Part shown: positions 50,447-59,148 of the stretch, piece by piece | Position numbering within the stretch: the first letter of the stretch is position 1 | Layout: each line of letters opens with the position of its first letter | Source of the DNA: Verrucomicrobiia bacterium | Lineage (GTDB): Bacteria; Verrucomicrobiota; Verrucomicrobiia; Palsa-1439 | DNA length: 64,000 bases | Reading direction: 5' to 3' | NCBI GenBank assembly: GCA_050010195.1 | Contig: JBEKLM010000002.1 | Coordinates: forward strand, 56,089 to 120,088 | Position numbers and translations under genes: made by a program | Notes under the pieces: generated by a model | What the model was told of the DNA's origin: nothing | Databases searched by the model: none | Seen by the model: the letters and a program-made list of their open reading frames with translations, nothing else

Positions 50447-51036
50447 CCTTCAGCCCGAGCATCGCCCGCGCGGATACGACGAATGCCGACGAGTTTGTCG
50501 CGCACCAGGCTTCCACGCAGACGTTCGAAGCCGACCTGCGACAGGTGTTTCACTGGAGTTTCCCGCGCCGTCACGTCGACAGTCTCGGACACATCAGCTA
50601 CCAGGCCCCGGATTTCCTGTCGATTGTCCTCACCAATCCCGCGCCCGAATTCGTGCTGGTGCGCGGACAAGATCTCTACATCAAGCGCGACAAGAAGGCG
50701 ATCGCGGCGTACAAGTTGGAGGTGCACAATGGCAAACCGACCCAGCAAGTGCAGTTTCTACTAAGCTTCTTCCAGAATGGCTGCACGAATTTCGCGGATT
50801 TGTTCGATATGAAGATCGCGCGCACGCCCGATATATGCACCGTGACACTCACGCCCAAACATTTGCTGCAAATGTTGCCATTGCGGTCCGTCGAGAATGA
50901 GATCGCCTGGCCATCGATGGATGTGCGGTCCATGCGCATCGGTCTCGTAATGGACAGTTACATCACCTACGAGTTCCGCAACCCGCGTCGCAACCAGCCA
51001 CTCGATGCAGCCGTTTTCGCGGTGCCGAAACCATGA
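50407..51036 (+). CDS. LolA-like periplasmic carrier
   Basis: Signal peptide; F.A...Q...S.G......P, LTPK, final FAVP pattern. Confidence 0.75.
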   Translation: MVSICAAVAAVLIAFSPSIARADTTNADEFVAHQASTQTFEADLRQVFHWSFPRRHVDSLGHISYQAPDFLSIVLTNPAPEFVLVRGQDLYIKRDKKAIAAYKLEVHNGKPTQQVQFLLSFFQNGCTNFADLFDMKIARTPDICTVTLTPKHLLQMLPLRSVENEIAWPSMDVRSMRIGLVMDSYITYEFRNPRRNQPLDAAVFAVPKP

Positions 51037-51434
51037 GCCTCACACCCCACGGCCCCGGCTTTTCTTTCCTCGATTCGTTCGAGATTCTCGAACCTAGCAA
51101 GCGCGGTCGCGGTCGTAAATGGCTCAACCCCAAAGCGCCGTTCTTTGCCGACCATTTTCCCGGCAACCCGCTGATGCCCGGTGTGTTGCTCGTCGAATGT
51201 GCAGCGCAGGCCGCCGGCGTGCTCTGGCAACAGCCCGGTGTGGCTTATCTCGCGGCCGTTCGCGATTTTCGTTTCCGTAAACCGGTGCTGCCGGGTCAAA
51301 CGTTGGACATTGACGTGACGCTGGAGAAAGAAATGGGCACGTTCGCCCAGTTCGACACCGTCCTCCGCGTCGGCCCAACTGTCGTGTCTCAGGGCAAGCT
51401 CACACTGAGCCGCGCCCTCAGTTCGACGGTGTGA
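51033..51434 (+). CDS. FabZ-type 3-hydroxyacyl-ACP dehydratase
   Basis: LTPH..., FF..HFPG.P.MPGVLLVE..AQ, FRKPVLPG. Confidence 0.92.
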   Translation: MSLTPHGPGFSFLDSFEILEPSKRGRGRKWLNPKAPFFADHFPGNPLMPGVLLVECAAQAAGVLWQQPGVAYLAAVRDFRFRKPVLPGQTLDIDVTLEKEMGTFAQFDTVLRVGPTVVSQGKLTLSRALSSTV

Positions 51435-52636
51435 AGCTTGCCGCGATCGGTCCGGGGACGCGCGGCGTCAAGCAACCATCTCTTCGGCAATTTCCACGCC
51501 GATAGCACCCGTAACAAGCCCTCTTCGAGATCAATGCGTGCGTGTGTGGTTTCCACAGCGGCAGCCAGACAATCGTTGCCGCGTTTGTCTCTCACCACCG
51601 TGACCCAGGCGTCGCTGACGCCACGGAGTTCGCGCAAGGCCCGCTCGACTTCCGCAGGCGAAACCTTTTTGCCGCCGATATTGGCCACTTCCCCGATGCG
51701 ACCGAGTAGCCGCAGTTCGCCGTACTGATTCCATTCGCCCAAGTCGGGCAACGTGGCCTTTCCAGCGCGGCTGCTGACGGACACGCAGCTACCACGCCGA
51801 ATTCGGACTGCGACGCTATCCATCGGTTTACCAACGCCCCTGCCGCTCAACGTGGCGTTGCCCGTGCGGTCGTAGCAGATGCCACCGGTTTCCGACGAGC
51901 CGTAGAAATTGTGGATCTTCAGGCCGTACCGCCGGTAAAACTGTTGCGCCACTTCCGCCGACAGCGGCGCACCCGCCGAGATCACAAGCCGCAGGCTCGG
52001 TGGTTTGGCGACACCTTCGACCTGCGCCAACGCCCGCAGGACTGCGGGAACCGTCGGAAGAACGCCGATCTTATATCGCTCGATCCATTGTAAAATCTGC
52101 CGCGGGACGAACGTTTGCGCGCACACCACCGCCGTCCCCTGCAAGAGCAGCGGCATCACAAGATTGCCAAGTCCGTATGAGTGGCCCAGTGGGATGATGG
52201 CGAGATTGCGGTCGGAGGGACGGATACCCATCGTGCAGATGATGTGTTCGCCGTCGGCACGCAGATTCGCAGCGGAGCAATAAACGAACTTCAGGTCGCC
52301 GGTCGTTCCCGAAGTGAGCTTGATGCAACACGAACGCGACGGCAATCCCCTCCAGGCACGGCGCACCGTTCTCTCTTGCGCCTCCGTCGAAAGCGATGGA
52401 TCGAGGGGGAGTGCAACAGCGCCGATTCTCTGGACACCAAGGAACGCGGCTAGCCAGAAGGCGCTGTTGGGCTGACAGATGGGGACAATGCGACCATCGA
52501 GTGGCGCGGCGATGCGTTCGGCCAAGGTTGTCAACTCACGGTAGGTCCACTCGCGGCCGGTGTCAGCGTCAATGACGACGGTTTTGGCGGCGCCACGGTC
52601 CGCGGTGGCTTGCCATATTTTCCAAAGTGAGGTCAT
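51389..52636 (-). CDS. Adenylate-forming enzyme (acyl-CoA/ACP ligase)
   Basis: LTSGTTG..K, HSYG, SAGAPL, YGSSETG, DLG, GGKKVSP.EVE, RGK. Confidence 0.9.
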   Translation of the reverse strand: MTSLWKIWQATADRGAAKTVVIDADTGREWTYRELTTLAERIAAPLDGRIVPICQPNSAFWLAAFLGVQRIGAVALPLDPSLSTEAQERTVRRAWRGLPSRSCCIKLTSGTTGDLKFVYCSAANLRADGEHIICTMGIRPSDRNLAIIPLGHSYGLGNLVMPLLLQGTAVVCAQTFVPRQILQWIERYKIGVLPTVPAVLRALAQVEGVAKPPSLRLVISAGAPLSAEVAQQFYRRYGLKIHNFYGSSETGGICYDRTGNATLSGRGVGKPMDSVAVRIRRGSCVSVSSRAGKATLPDLGEWNQYGELRLLGRIGEVANIGGKKVSPAEVERALRELRGVSDAWVTVVRDKRGNDCLAAAVETTHARIDLEEGLLRVLSAWKLPKRWLLDAARPRTDRGKLHTVELRARLSVSLP

Positions 52637-52748
52637 ACGCCGGCGCGTAACTCGTACTTGTACCCGATTCGCCCAAAATCGTATCGCAGGAATGTGACGA
52701 GCCTTTCCGTACCTTGGACAGGGGACGTCGCGACCGCGAGAATCGGGC

Positions 52749-53759
52749 TCATTCAGAAACCGTCGCGGCCGACGTGCCGCTGCGCAGGTGTTCGGCAACA
52801 CCGATGCGGCTGGGTTGGCATCCCGCCTGTTCGATGGCCGACAACACGAGGCCCTCGTCCATGATCACGCGGTCGCGTTTGTAAATGGGATAATCGTCAC
52901 GAACACTGCGCGGCGTGAGGTTGATGGTCGCGAGATTCGCCCCCGCTCGAAAGGCGCGCACGTAGCCGTTCTTGGAGACCAGTTTCATGGCGCTGACAGC
53001 GGGAATGATCCAATGCGGCGATGCCAGTCGCATCCATGCCACGCAATCCAGTGTTAGCTCGATGGATCCGTCCGCCTTGCACTCCAACGGCGTTTGTTCC
53101 CCGGCCACGAAGGGACTGACGCTGCACCCCGCCAACGGCAACTCGGTCAACAACTGCAACGATTCGCGGACATGCTCCTGCGTCTGGCCGGGCAGTCCGA
53201 CGATCAGCCCGGAGGACACCCTCCAGCCCGTGCGGGCCAGATACCGGATCGCCTCAACCCGGCGGGCCAGTGTTCCCGGTGCTTCCAGAAGCCGATAATG
53301 CTTCGGGTTGGCCGTCTCGATCTTCAACACGTAGTACTCGCCACCAGCTTCGCGCAACTCGTCGTACTGGCGCACGGTCAACGTCCCGAGGCACAGTGTG
53401 ATGCCGAGGTCGGTGTGCCGCCTCAACTCGCGCACCAACGGCAGGACGACTTCGCGGACAGCCACGGGGTCTTCACCCGCTTGGATGTCGATGTCCGTGA
53501 TCGACGCCGGGCGGTGATGAATGATCAGGTCGGCCACTTCATCCGCCGCGAGGCGGTACCGTGCCAACTGGTGATTGTCACGCCGCATGGCGCAGTAGTG
53601 GCAATTCTGCCGGCAGTGGTTGGACACCTCCACCACGCCGCGCACGAACACGTACCGCCCAAAGACGGCATCCCGTGCGGCCGCCGCCCGCGCATGAAAT
53701 GCTTCCTGCGGTTCGACCGCGCCATTTACCCGCAAAAAGTCTTGCCTCGTTCGACCCAT
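52749..53759 (-). CDS. Radical SAM enzyme of the HydE/PylB/BioB subgroup
   Basis: RGVVEVSNHCRQNCHYC.MRRDN, IVGLPGQT, TPL, GAN...NLTP...Y.IY. Confidence 0.88.
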   Translation of the reverse strand: MGRTRQDFLRVNGAVEPQEAFHARAAAARDAVFGRYVFVRGVVEVSNHCRQNCHYCAMRRDNHQLARYRLAADEVADLIIHHRPASITDIDIQAGEDPVAVREVVLPLVRELRRHTDLGITLCLGTLTVRQYDELREAGGEYYVLKIETANPKHYRLLEAPGTLARRVEAIRYLARTGWRVSSGLIVGLPGQTQEHVRESLQLLTELPLAGCSVSPFVAGEQTPLECKADGSIELTLDCVAWMRLASPHWIIPAVSAMKLVSKNGYVRAFRAGANLATINLTPRSVRDDYPIYKRDRVIMDEGLVLSAIEQAGCQPSRIGVAEHLRSGTSAATVSE

Positions 53760-53975
53760 TGACTCCGGCATGATAGCGGATTGACGGCGAAACACAACCC
53801 TGACTTCCGTCTCCATGCCAAGCCGAGTCAGGTTTCTGACGGTTCGGGCGACCACCTCGATTCCAAGCCCAACGCCATGGAAACGGCTCCCAAGTTTTCC
53901 TGCAGCAGCCGGTTGCATTTCGGGTCATTCACGGCTACTAATTGCCTGAACATCCCTTGTAGGAGGATTGGCACT

Positions 53976-55418
53976 GTGGACCTGAGCGTCCTGACGCTGT
54001 CGCGCTTTCAATTCGCGCTGACCATCATGTTTCATTACCTGTTTCCGCCGTTGTCAATCGGTCTCGGCGGCATCCTCGTCATCATGGAGGCCATCTACCT
54101 GAAAACCGGCTGCTTGGAGTACGAGGCGATGACGAAGTTTTGGACGAAGATTTTCGCGGTCAACTTCGCCATGGGCGTCGCGACCGGCATCACGATGGAA
54201 TTCCAGTTTGGCACCAATTGGGCCACCTATTCACGATACGTGGGGGACGTGTTCGGTTCGGCGCTGGCGGCCGAAGGCATTTTTGCGTTCTTTCTGGAAT
54301 CCGGGTTCCTGGCGGTATTGGTCTTCGGGTGGGACAAAGTCTCGCCGCGCATGCACTTTTTCTCGACGTGCATGGTGGCGCTCGGCGCATTCTTCTCGTC
54401 CATTTGGATCGTCATCGCCAATTCCTGGCAGCAAACACCGGCGGGCTTCCACATCGTGGGACAAGGACTCGGCGCGCGAGCGGAGATCACGGATTTCTGG
54501 GTGATGGTGTTCAACCCTTCCAGCATGCATCGATTGGCGCACACCGTGATCGGCGCCTACATCCTCGCAGCGTTTTTTGTGATGAGCATCACCGCCTACT
54601 ACATCCTGAAAGGACGGCACCTCGATTTCGCGAAGAAAAGTTTCACCATCGGCCTGATCGTGGCGACCGTGGCGTCGCTCGCCGAGCCGATCTCCGGCGA
54701 CCTGCAGGGCAAGAAGGTCGCGCAAACACAGCCCGCCAAGCTCGCGGCCATGGAAGCGGTGTTTCATACCGGCCCGGGACCGACGCCGCTGTATCTGTTC
54801 GGTCAGCCCAATCTGCAGGAGCAAGAGGTCAAACATGGCATCGCCATCCCGGGGTTGCTGAGCCTCTTGGCATATGGCGATCTTCACAAACCCGTTCCCG
54901 GGCTCGATCAAATTCCGCAACGGGATTGGCCTCCCGTTACCGCGACGTTTCAGGCGTACCACATCATGGTGTGGCTGGGCGGGCTCTTCGTGGTGCTGAC
55001 GCTCCTCGGAATGTACTTTCTCTGGAAGGCCACCCTTTTCGAGAAGCGATGGCTGCTGTGGGTGTTTGTGCTGGTGGTACCGCTGCCGTACGTCGCGAAC
55101 CAGTTCGGCTGGATGACCGCCGAGGTCGGCCGGCAGCCGTGGGTTGTGTACGGATTACTCCGCACGAGTGATGCGCTCTCGAAAGCCGTCGTCGCCAATC
55201 AGGTGCTCGGTTCCATCATCATGTTCGTCGTTATCTACGCTCTGCTGTTCGTGGTCTGGGTGTTTGTGTTGGACAGCAAGATCAAGCATGGACCAGACGA
55301 GATCGTGATCCGTCCGACCGCGACCGCGACCGGCGGACTGCTCGGCATCGCCGGCCTGCGCGCCGGCACGGGCGGCGCCTCGCTGACCGGGGCCGACAAC
55401 GTGAAGGAAAAGGAATAG
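53976..55418 (+). CDS. cydA: Cytochrome bd oxidase subunit I
   Basis: SRFQFA...[29 protein letters not shown]; AGGAGG RBS before GTG. Confidence 0.96.
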   Translation: MDLSVLTLSRFQFALTIMFHYLFPPLSIGLGGILVIMEAIYLKTGCLEYEAMTKFWTKIFAVNFAMGVATGITMEFQFGTNWATYSRYVGDVFGSALAAEGIFAFFLESGFLAVLVFGWDKVSPRMHFFSTCMVALGAFFSSIWIVIANSWQQTPAGFHIVGQGLGARAEITDFWVMVFNPSSMHRLAHTVIGAYILAAFFVMSITAYYILKGRHLDFAKKSFTIGLIVATVASLAEPISGDLQGKKVAQTQPAKLAAMEAVFHTGPGPTPLYLFGQPNLQEQEVKHGIAIPGLLSLLAYGDLHKPVPGLDQIPQRDWPPVTATFQAYHIMVWLGGLFVVLTLLGMYFLWKATLFEKRWLLWVFVLVVPLPYVANQFGWMTAEVGRQPWVVYGLLRTSDALSKAVVANQVLGSIIMFVVIYALLFVVWVFVLDSKIKHGPDEIVIRPTATATGGLLGIAGLRAGTGGASLTGADNVKEKE

Positions 55419-55422
55419 CGAC

Positions 55423-56439
55423 ATGGATTTGAACATTCTCTGGTTCATTCTGCTCGGCGTGTTGCTCGCGGGCTACGCGATCCTCGACGGCTTCGACCTG
55501 GGCGTCGGCATCGTGCATCTGGCCGTGAAGAGCGACCAAGAGCGCCGGATCCTGATGAACTCCATCGGGCCGCTGTGGGACGGGAACGAAGTGTGGCTGG
55601 TCACATTTGGCGGCGCGTTGTTCGCGGCGTTTCCCATCGCCTACGCGACGGCGTTCTCGGGATTCTATACCGCCTTCATGGCGCTGCTGTTTGCCTTGAT
55701 CTTTCGCGCCGTGTCGATGGAGTTCCGCAGCAAGCACGACTCGCCGTCGTGGCGCTCCTTCTGGGACGTGTCGTTCTCGCTCGCCAGCGGCGTGGCCACC
55801 CTGTTGTTTGGCGTGGCGGTCGGCAACGCCATGCGCGGCATGCCCATCGGCGCGGACATGGAATTTCACGGGGCGTTCCGCGATCTGCTGCATCCGTACG
55901 CGTTGCTCGTCGGCGTGTTTGCGGTGGCCACGTTCGCCATGCACGGTTCGATCTATCTCTATTTGAAGACGGAGGGTGATCTGCAAAAACGCATTCACGG
56001 GTGGATGTGGCGCACCTTTGGCCTTTTTCTCGTCCTGTACATCATCACGACGATCTTCACCCTGGTTGCCGTGCCGCTGGCAACCCGCAATTTCCATCAG
56101 CACCCGTGGGTGTGGATTGTCGTCGTGCTCAACGTGCTGGCCGTCGCCAATATTCCGCGGGCGACCTTCCTGGGCCGGCCCGGTTACGCCTTCCTGTCGT
56201 CTTGCGCGACGATTGCCGCACTGACGTTCCTGTTCGGGGTCGCCCTGTTCCCCGACCTGGTCCACTCGTCGCTCAATCCCGATTGGAGCCTGACGGTCTA
56301 CAACGCGGCTTCGTCGCACAAAACGCTGGCGATCATGGCGACCGTCGCCGCGCTCGGCATGCCGTTCGTGCTGGCCTACACCTCGGTTGTCTATCGGGTG
56401 TTCCGTGGTAAAGTGCAGTTGGGTACGCTCAGCTATTAA
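55423..56439 (+). CDS. cydB: Cytochrome bd oxidase subunit II
   Basis: LDGFDLGVG, PLWDGNEVWL, FRGKV. Confidence 0.96.
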   Translation: MDLNILWFILLGVLLAGYAILDGFDLGVGIVHLAVKSDQERRILMNSIGPLWDGNEVWLVTFGGALFAAFPIAYATAFSGFYTAFMALLFALIFRAVSMEFRSKHDSPSWRSFWDVSFSLASGVATLLFGVAVGNAMRGMPIGADMEFHGAFRDLLHPYALLVGVFAVATFAMHGSIYLYLKTEGDLQKRIHGWMWRTFGLFLVLYIITTIFTLVAVPLATRNFHQHPWVWIVVVLNVLAVANIPRATFLGRPGYAFLSSCATIAALTFLFGVALFPDLVHSSLNPDWSLTVYNAASSHKTLAIMATVAALGMPFVLAYTSVVYRVFRGKVQLGTLSY

Positions 56440-56454
56440 CCAAGGAGACAATTC

Positions 56455-56784
56455 ATGGACATTCTCATCCAGGCCGAGGGGGTCACCCTCACGGAAGCGA
56501 TCAAGGATGCCGTTGATGAGAAAATCGGCCACGTCGGGCAATACGCGCCGCGGGCGTTGCGTGCCCGGGTCTATTTGCGCAAAGTCAGTGCGCATCACTC
56601 TCCTCGCCAGTACACCGTGCGCGTGCTCTTCGAGATTCCTGGCGCCGACCTCAGCGCCGAGGAATCCCACGCCGATGTGATCAGTGCGCTCGACGTGGTG
56701 GCGGGGAAGATCGAGCGCCGCCTGCGCAAACGCAAGACCGAGCGCCTTGCCAATCGCGAGCGCGGCCCCCGCCGCAAGCCGTAG
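56455..56784 (+). CDS. hpf: Ribosome hibernation promoting factor (short HPF/RaiA)
   Basis: LTEAIK..V.EKI...ALD....KIERRLRK.K. Confidence 0.8.
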   Translation: MDILIQAEGVTLTEAIKDAVDEKIGHVGQYAPRALRARVYLRKVSAHHSPRQYTVRVLFEIPGADLSAEESHADVISALDVVAGKIERRLRKRKTERLANRERGPRRKP

Positions 56785-56861
56785 GAGGAAGTCCCCCGAC
56801 GGGTGAGTCGACCGGTCTTTTCTTGTGCCACCGGATTCAGGGTTTGTGTTACGCTGGCGAT

Positions 56862-57503
56862 GTGATCATCCGCAACGTCATCTTGGACTGGTCGGGCACG
56901 CTCGTCGACGATTTGATGCCGGTGGTGAAAACCACGAACCACGTGTTGGAATCGTGCGGGTTGCCGGCCATTACCCGCGAGGAATTCCGCGCGCAATTCT
57001 GCCTGCCAATCCGAAAGTTCTACGAGCAGCGCGTACCCCACGTGCCCCAGGCCCGGCTCGAACAAATCTTCCTCTCCGAATATCCAAAGCATCACGCCGA
57101 GATCACTCTGCTGCCCCACACGCTGGGGTTTCTGCGTTTCTGCCAGCAGCGGCGCATGGGTGTGTATATCGCCAGCACGGTGGATGCTCATACGTACGAG
57201 ACACAGATGACGCGGTTCGGTATCGGACCCTATATCACCAAACCCTATATCGGCATCGAGGACAAGACGGCCAAGATTCATCACATCCTGAACGAGAACC
57301 GGCTCGACCGGGAGGAAACGATGTTCGTCGGCGACATGGAACACGACATTGAAGCGGGCCGCGCCGGCGGCATCCACACCTGCGCGGTGTTGACGGGCTA
57401 CAATCCCCTCGACAAACTGCGCGCGATGAACCCGGACCTGATCTGCCTCCATCTCGGTGAATTGCAAGAATTCCTTGCGGCACGAGAGGTCGTGCGTGGA
57501 TAA
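56862..57503 (+). CDS. HAD-superfamily phosphatase
   Basis: LDWSGTLVD, FVGDMEHDI..G..GG. Confidence 0.88.
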   Translation: MIIRNVILDWSGTLVDDLMPVVKTTNHVLESCGLPAITREEFRAQFCLPIRKFYEQRVPHVPQARLEQIFLSEYPKHHAEITLLPHTLGFLRFCQQRRMGVYIASTVDAHTYETQMTRFGIGPYITKPYIGIEDKTAKIHHILNENRLDREETMFVGDMEHDIEAGRAGGIHTCAVLTGYNPLDKLRAMNPDLICLHLGELQEFLAAREVVRG

Positions 57504-57843
57504 GATCGTGGTCAAGGATCTCGAAGTGGACACGCGTATTGGTGTGACCGAAGTCGAACGTGCCCGACCGCAGCGATTGCTTATTACCGTGGAACTCGAG
57601 TGCAATCTGGCCGAAGCCGGACGAACGGACCGGGAGTATTCCACCACGCCGTACGATGTGGTAGCCGATATGATTCACAAGACGGCCGCGGAGCGGCCAC
57701 GGAAACTGGTCGAAGCTCTGGCCGCCGACATCGCCAAAGTCATTCTCTACCGCAAATTGGCGCAGGCAGTGACCGTCGAAGTCAAAAAATTCAGTATTCC
57801 GCGGAGCCAATATGTTTCCGTCCAAATCCACCGTACTCACTAG
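57496..57843 (+). CDS. folB: Dihydroneopterin aldolase
   Basis: DKI...IGV...ER...Q, Y..V, LVEALA..IA, VEVKK. Confidence 0.88.
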   Translation: MDKIVVKDLEVDTRIGVTEVERARPQRLLITVELECNLAEAGRTDREYSTTPYDVVADMIHKTAAERPRKLVEALAADIAKVILYRKLAQAVTVEVKKFSIPRSQYVSVQIHRTH

Positions 57844-59050
57844 AGTCGGCTCGTGGACGCACTGGTGCTGGTTGCTGGCGGTGTTCGCGCTGGCCACCGT
57901 TTGCGCTCGCGCGGATACCGTCACGCTCAAGGACGGCACGGTGCTGGAGGGCGACATCCGGACGGAGGATGATGCGACGCTGTCGATCTATCTCGAGTTT
58001 GCTGGCGGCACGATCACCGAGACGCGGCAAATCAACAAGACGGACATTGCCAGGGTCGTCCGCTTGACGCCCGAGCAACGGGCGGCCTGGCAGGCGAAGC
58101 GCGATTACGAGGGAATTGAGAAGTATCAGTTGAATCCGAGCGTCAGTTTTCCGCTCAACTACTACGACCGAATTGTCCGCGACGTTTTCCACACGTTTCT
58201 CGCCAACCACCCGGATTCAGCCTACACGTCGAACGTGACCACGCGCATTGCGCAGTGGGAGACAGAGCGCGACCTGGTCGCTGCTGGAAAAATGAAGTTC
58301 CACGGCCAGTGGTTGCCGGCAGCGGAAGGCACCCGACTGGCGGAGCACGAACGCGGCCAACAGTTGCTGACACAAAGCCGCTGGCTGATTTCCCAGGGCC
58401 GGCTCGAATCCGCCATCCAACAACTTCAGGCGGTCCTCTCCCTGTCCTCGCAACCCGACCTTGTCTCCCAAGCCCGGACGCTGCTGGCCTCTGCATTTCA
58501 ACAGACCATCACCTCGCTCGACCATCAGCGTCAGCAATTGGAAGGTGACGTTGCTTCCGCACGACAGTGGGTCGATCGAGCACAACAAGCGGTCAACACA
58601 GCGGAGGGGTCGCGGAAGCAGCCCACCAGCAACGTGCAATCTCTCGGAAAGGCCGCGCCACTCACCTCTTTGCATCAGTCACTGGGGAGCGGCGATTCTC
58701 AGTCCTTTGTCCAGAACCAGGCCGCCGTCAACGCGGCCCGCGACAATCTTGCCCAGGCCCAGAGCTATCTCGATCAGACCAGAAGCCAGTTGGACGACGT
58801 GGTCCAGAAACTCGCCGCCCTTCGATCACGGGCGTCGACCGTCGAAGCCAAATGGGGAATCGTTGCTGGAGGCGGCAACTCCGACACAACCAAAGCCCAG
58901 CCGGCAGGTTCGTCGCCAAGCTCATCGGCCACCACCAATTCTCCCGATGTGCTCGTCGGCACCGTGGCCTGGCTGAAGAATAATTGGGTCTTCATGGCGG
59001 TGGGGCTGGTCGTGCTCCTGTTCTTGCTGTCTCGCCTGATAAAGGGATGA
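57812..59050 (+). CDS. Exported coiled-coil protein with C-terminal TM anchor (paralog family)
   Basis: Signal peptide, DTVTLKDG.VLEG, KYQLNP, W..ERD.VA.G..K.HGQW.PAAE, WLKNNW-TM-SRL. Confidence 0.8.
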   Translation: MFPSKSTVLTRVGSWTHWCWLLAVFALATVCARADTVTLKDGTVLEGDIRTEDDATLSIYLEFAGGTITETRQINKTDIARVVRLTPEQRAAWQAKRDYEGIEKYQLNPSVSFPLNYYDRIVRDVFHTFLANHPDSAYTSNVTTRIAQWETERDLVAAGKMKFHGQWLPAAEGTRLAEHERGQQLLTQSRWLISQGRLESAIQQLQAVLSLSSQPDLVSQARTLLASAFQQTITSLDHQRQQLEGDVASARQWVDRAQQAVNTAEGSRKQPTSNVQSLGKAAPLTSLHQSLGSGDSQSFVQNQAAVNAARDNLAQAQSYLDQTRSQLDDVVQKLAALRSRASTVEAKWGIVAGGGNSDTTKAQPAGSSPSSSATTNSPDVLVGTVAWLKNNWVFMAVGLVVLLFLLSRLIKG

Positions 59051-59148
59051 GACCGGGGCTCCCCTTGTTTGCCAATATCGCATCCGCCGCTTTTGTCGTT
59101 GCAGAAACCGCGGCCTTCGCCGTAGCATGTCGCCGCAAAGAGGAGCGG

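Noticed and set aside
52749-53759. Assigning the symbol hydE, bioB or pylB
   Set aside because: No pathway partners nearby; only subgroup-level similarity can be supported
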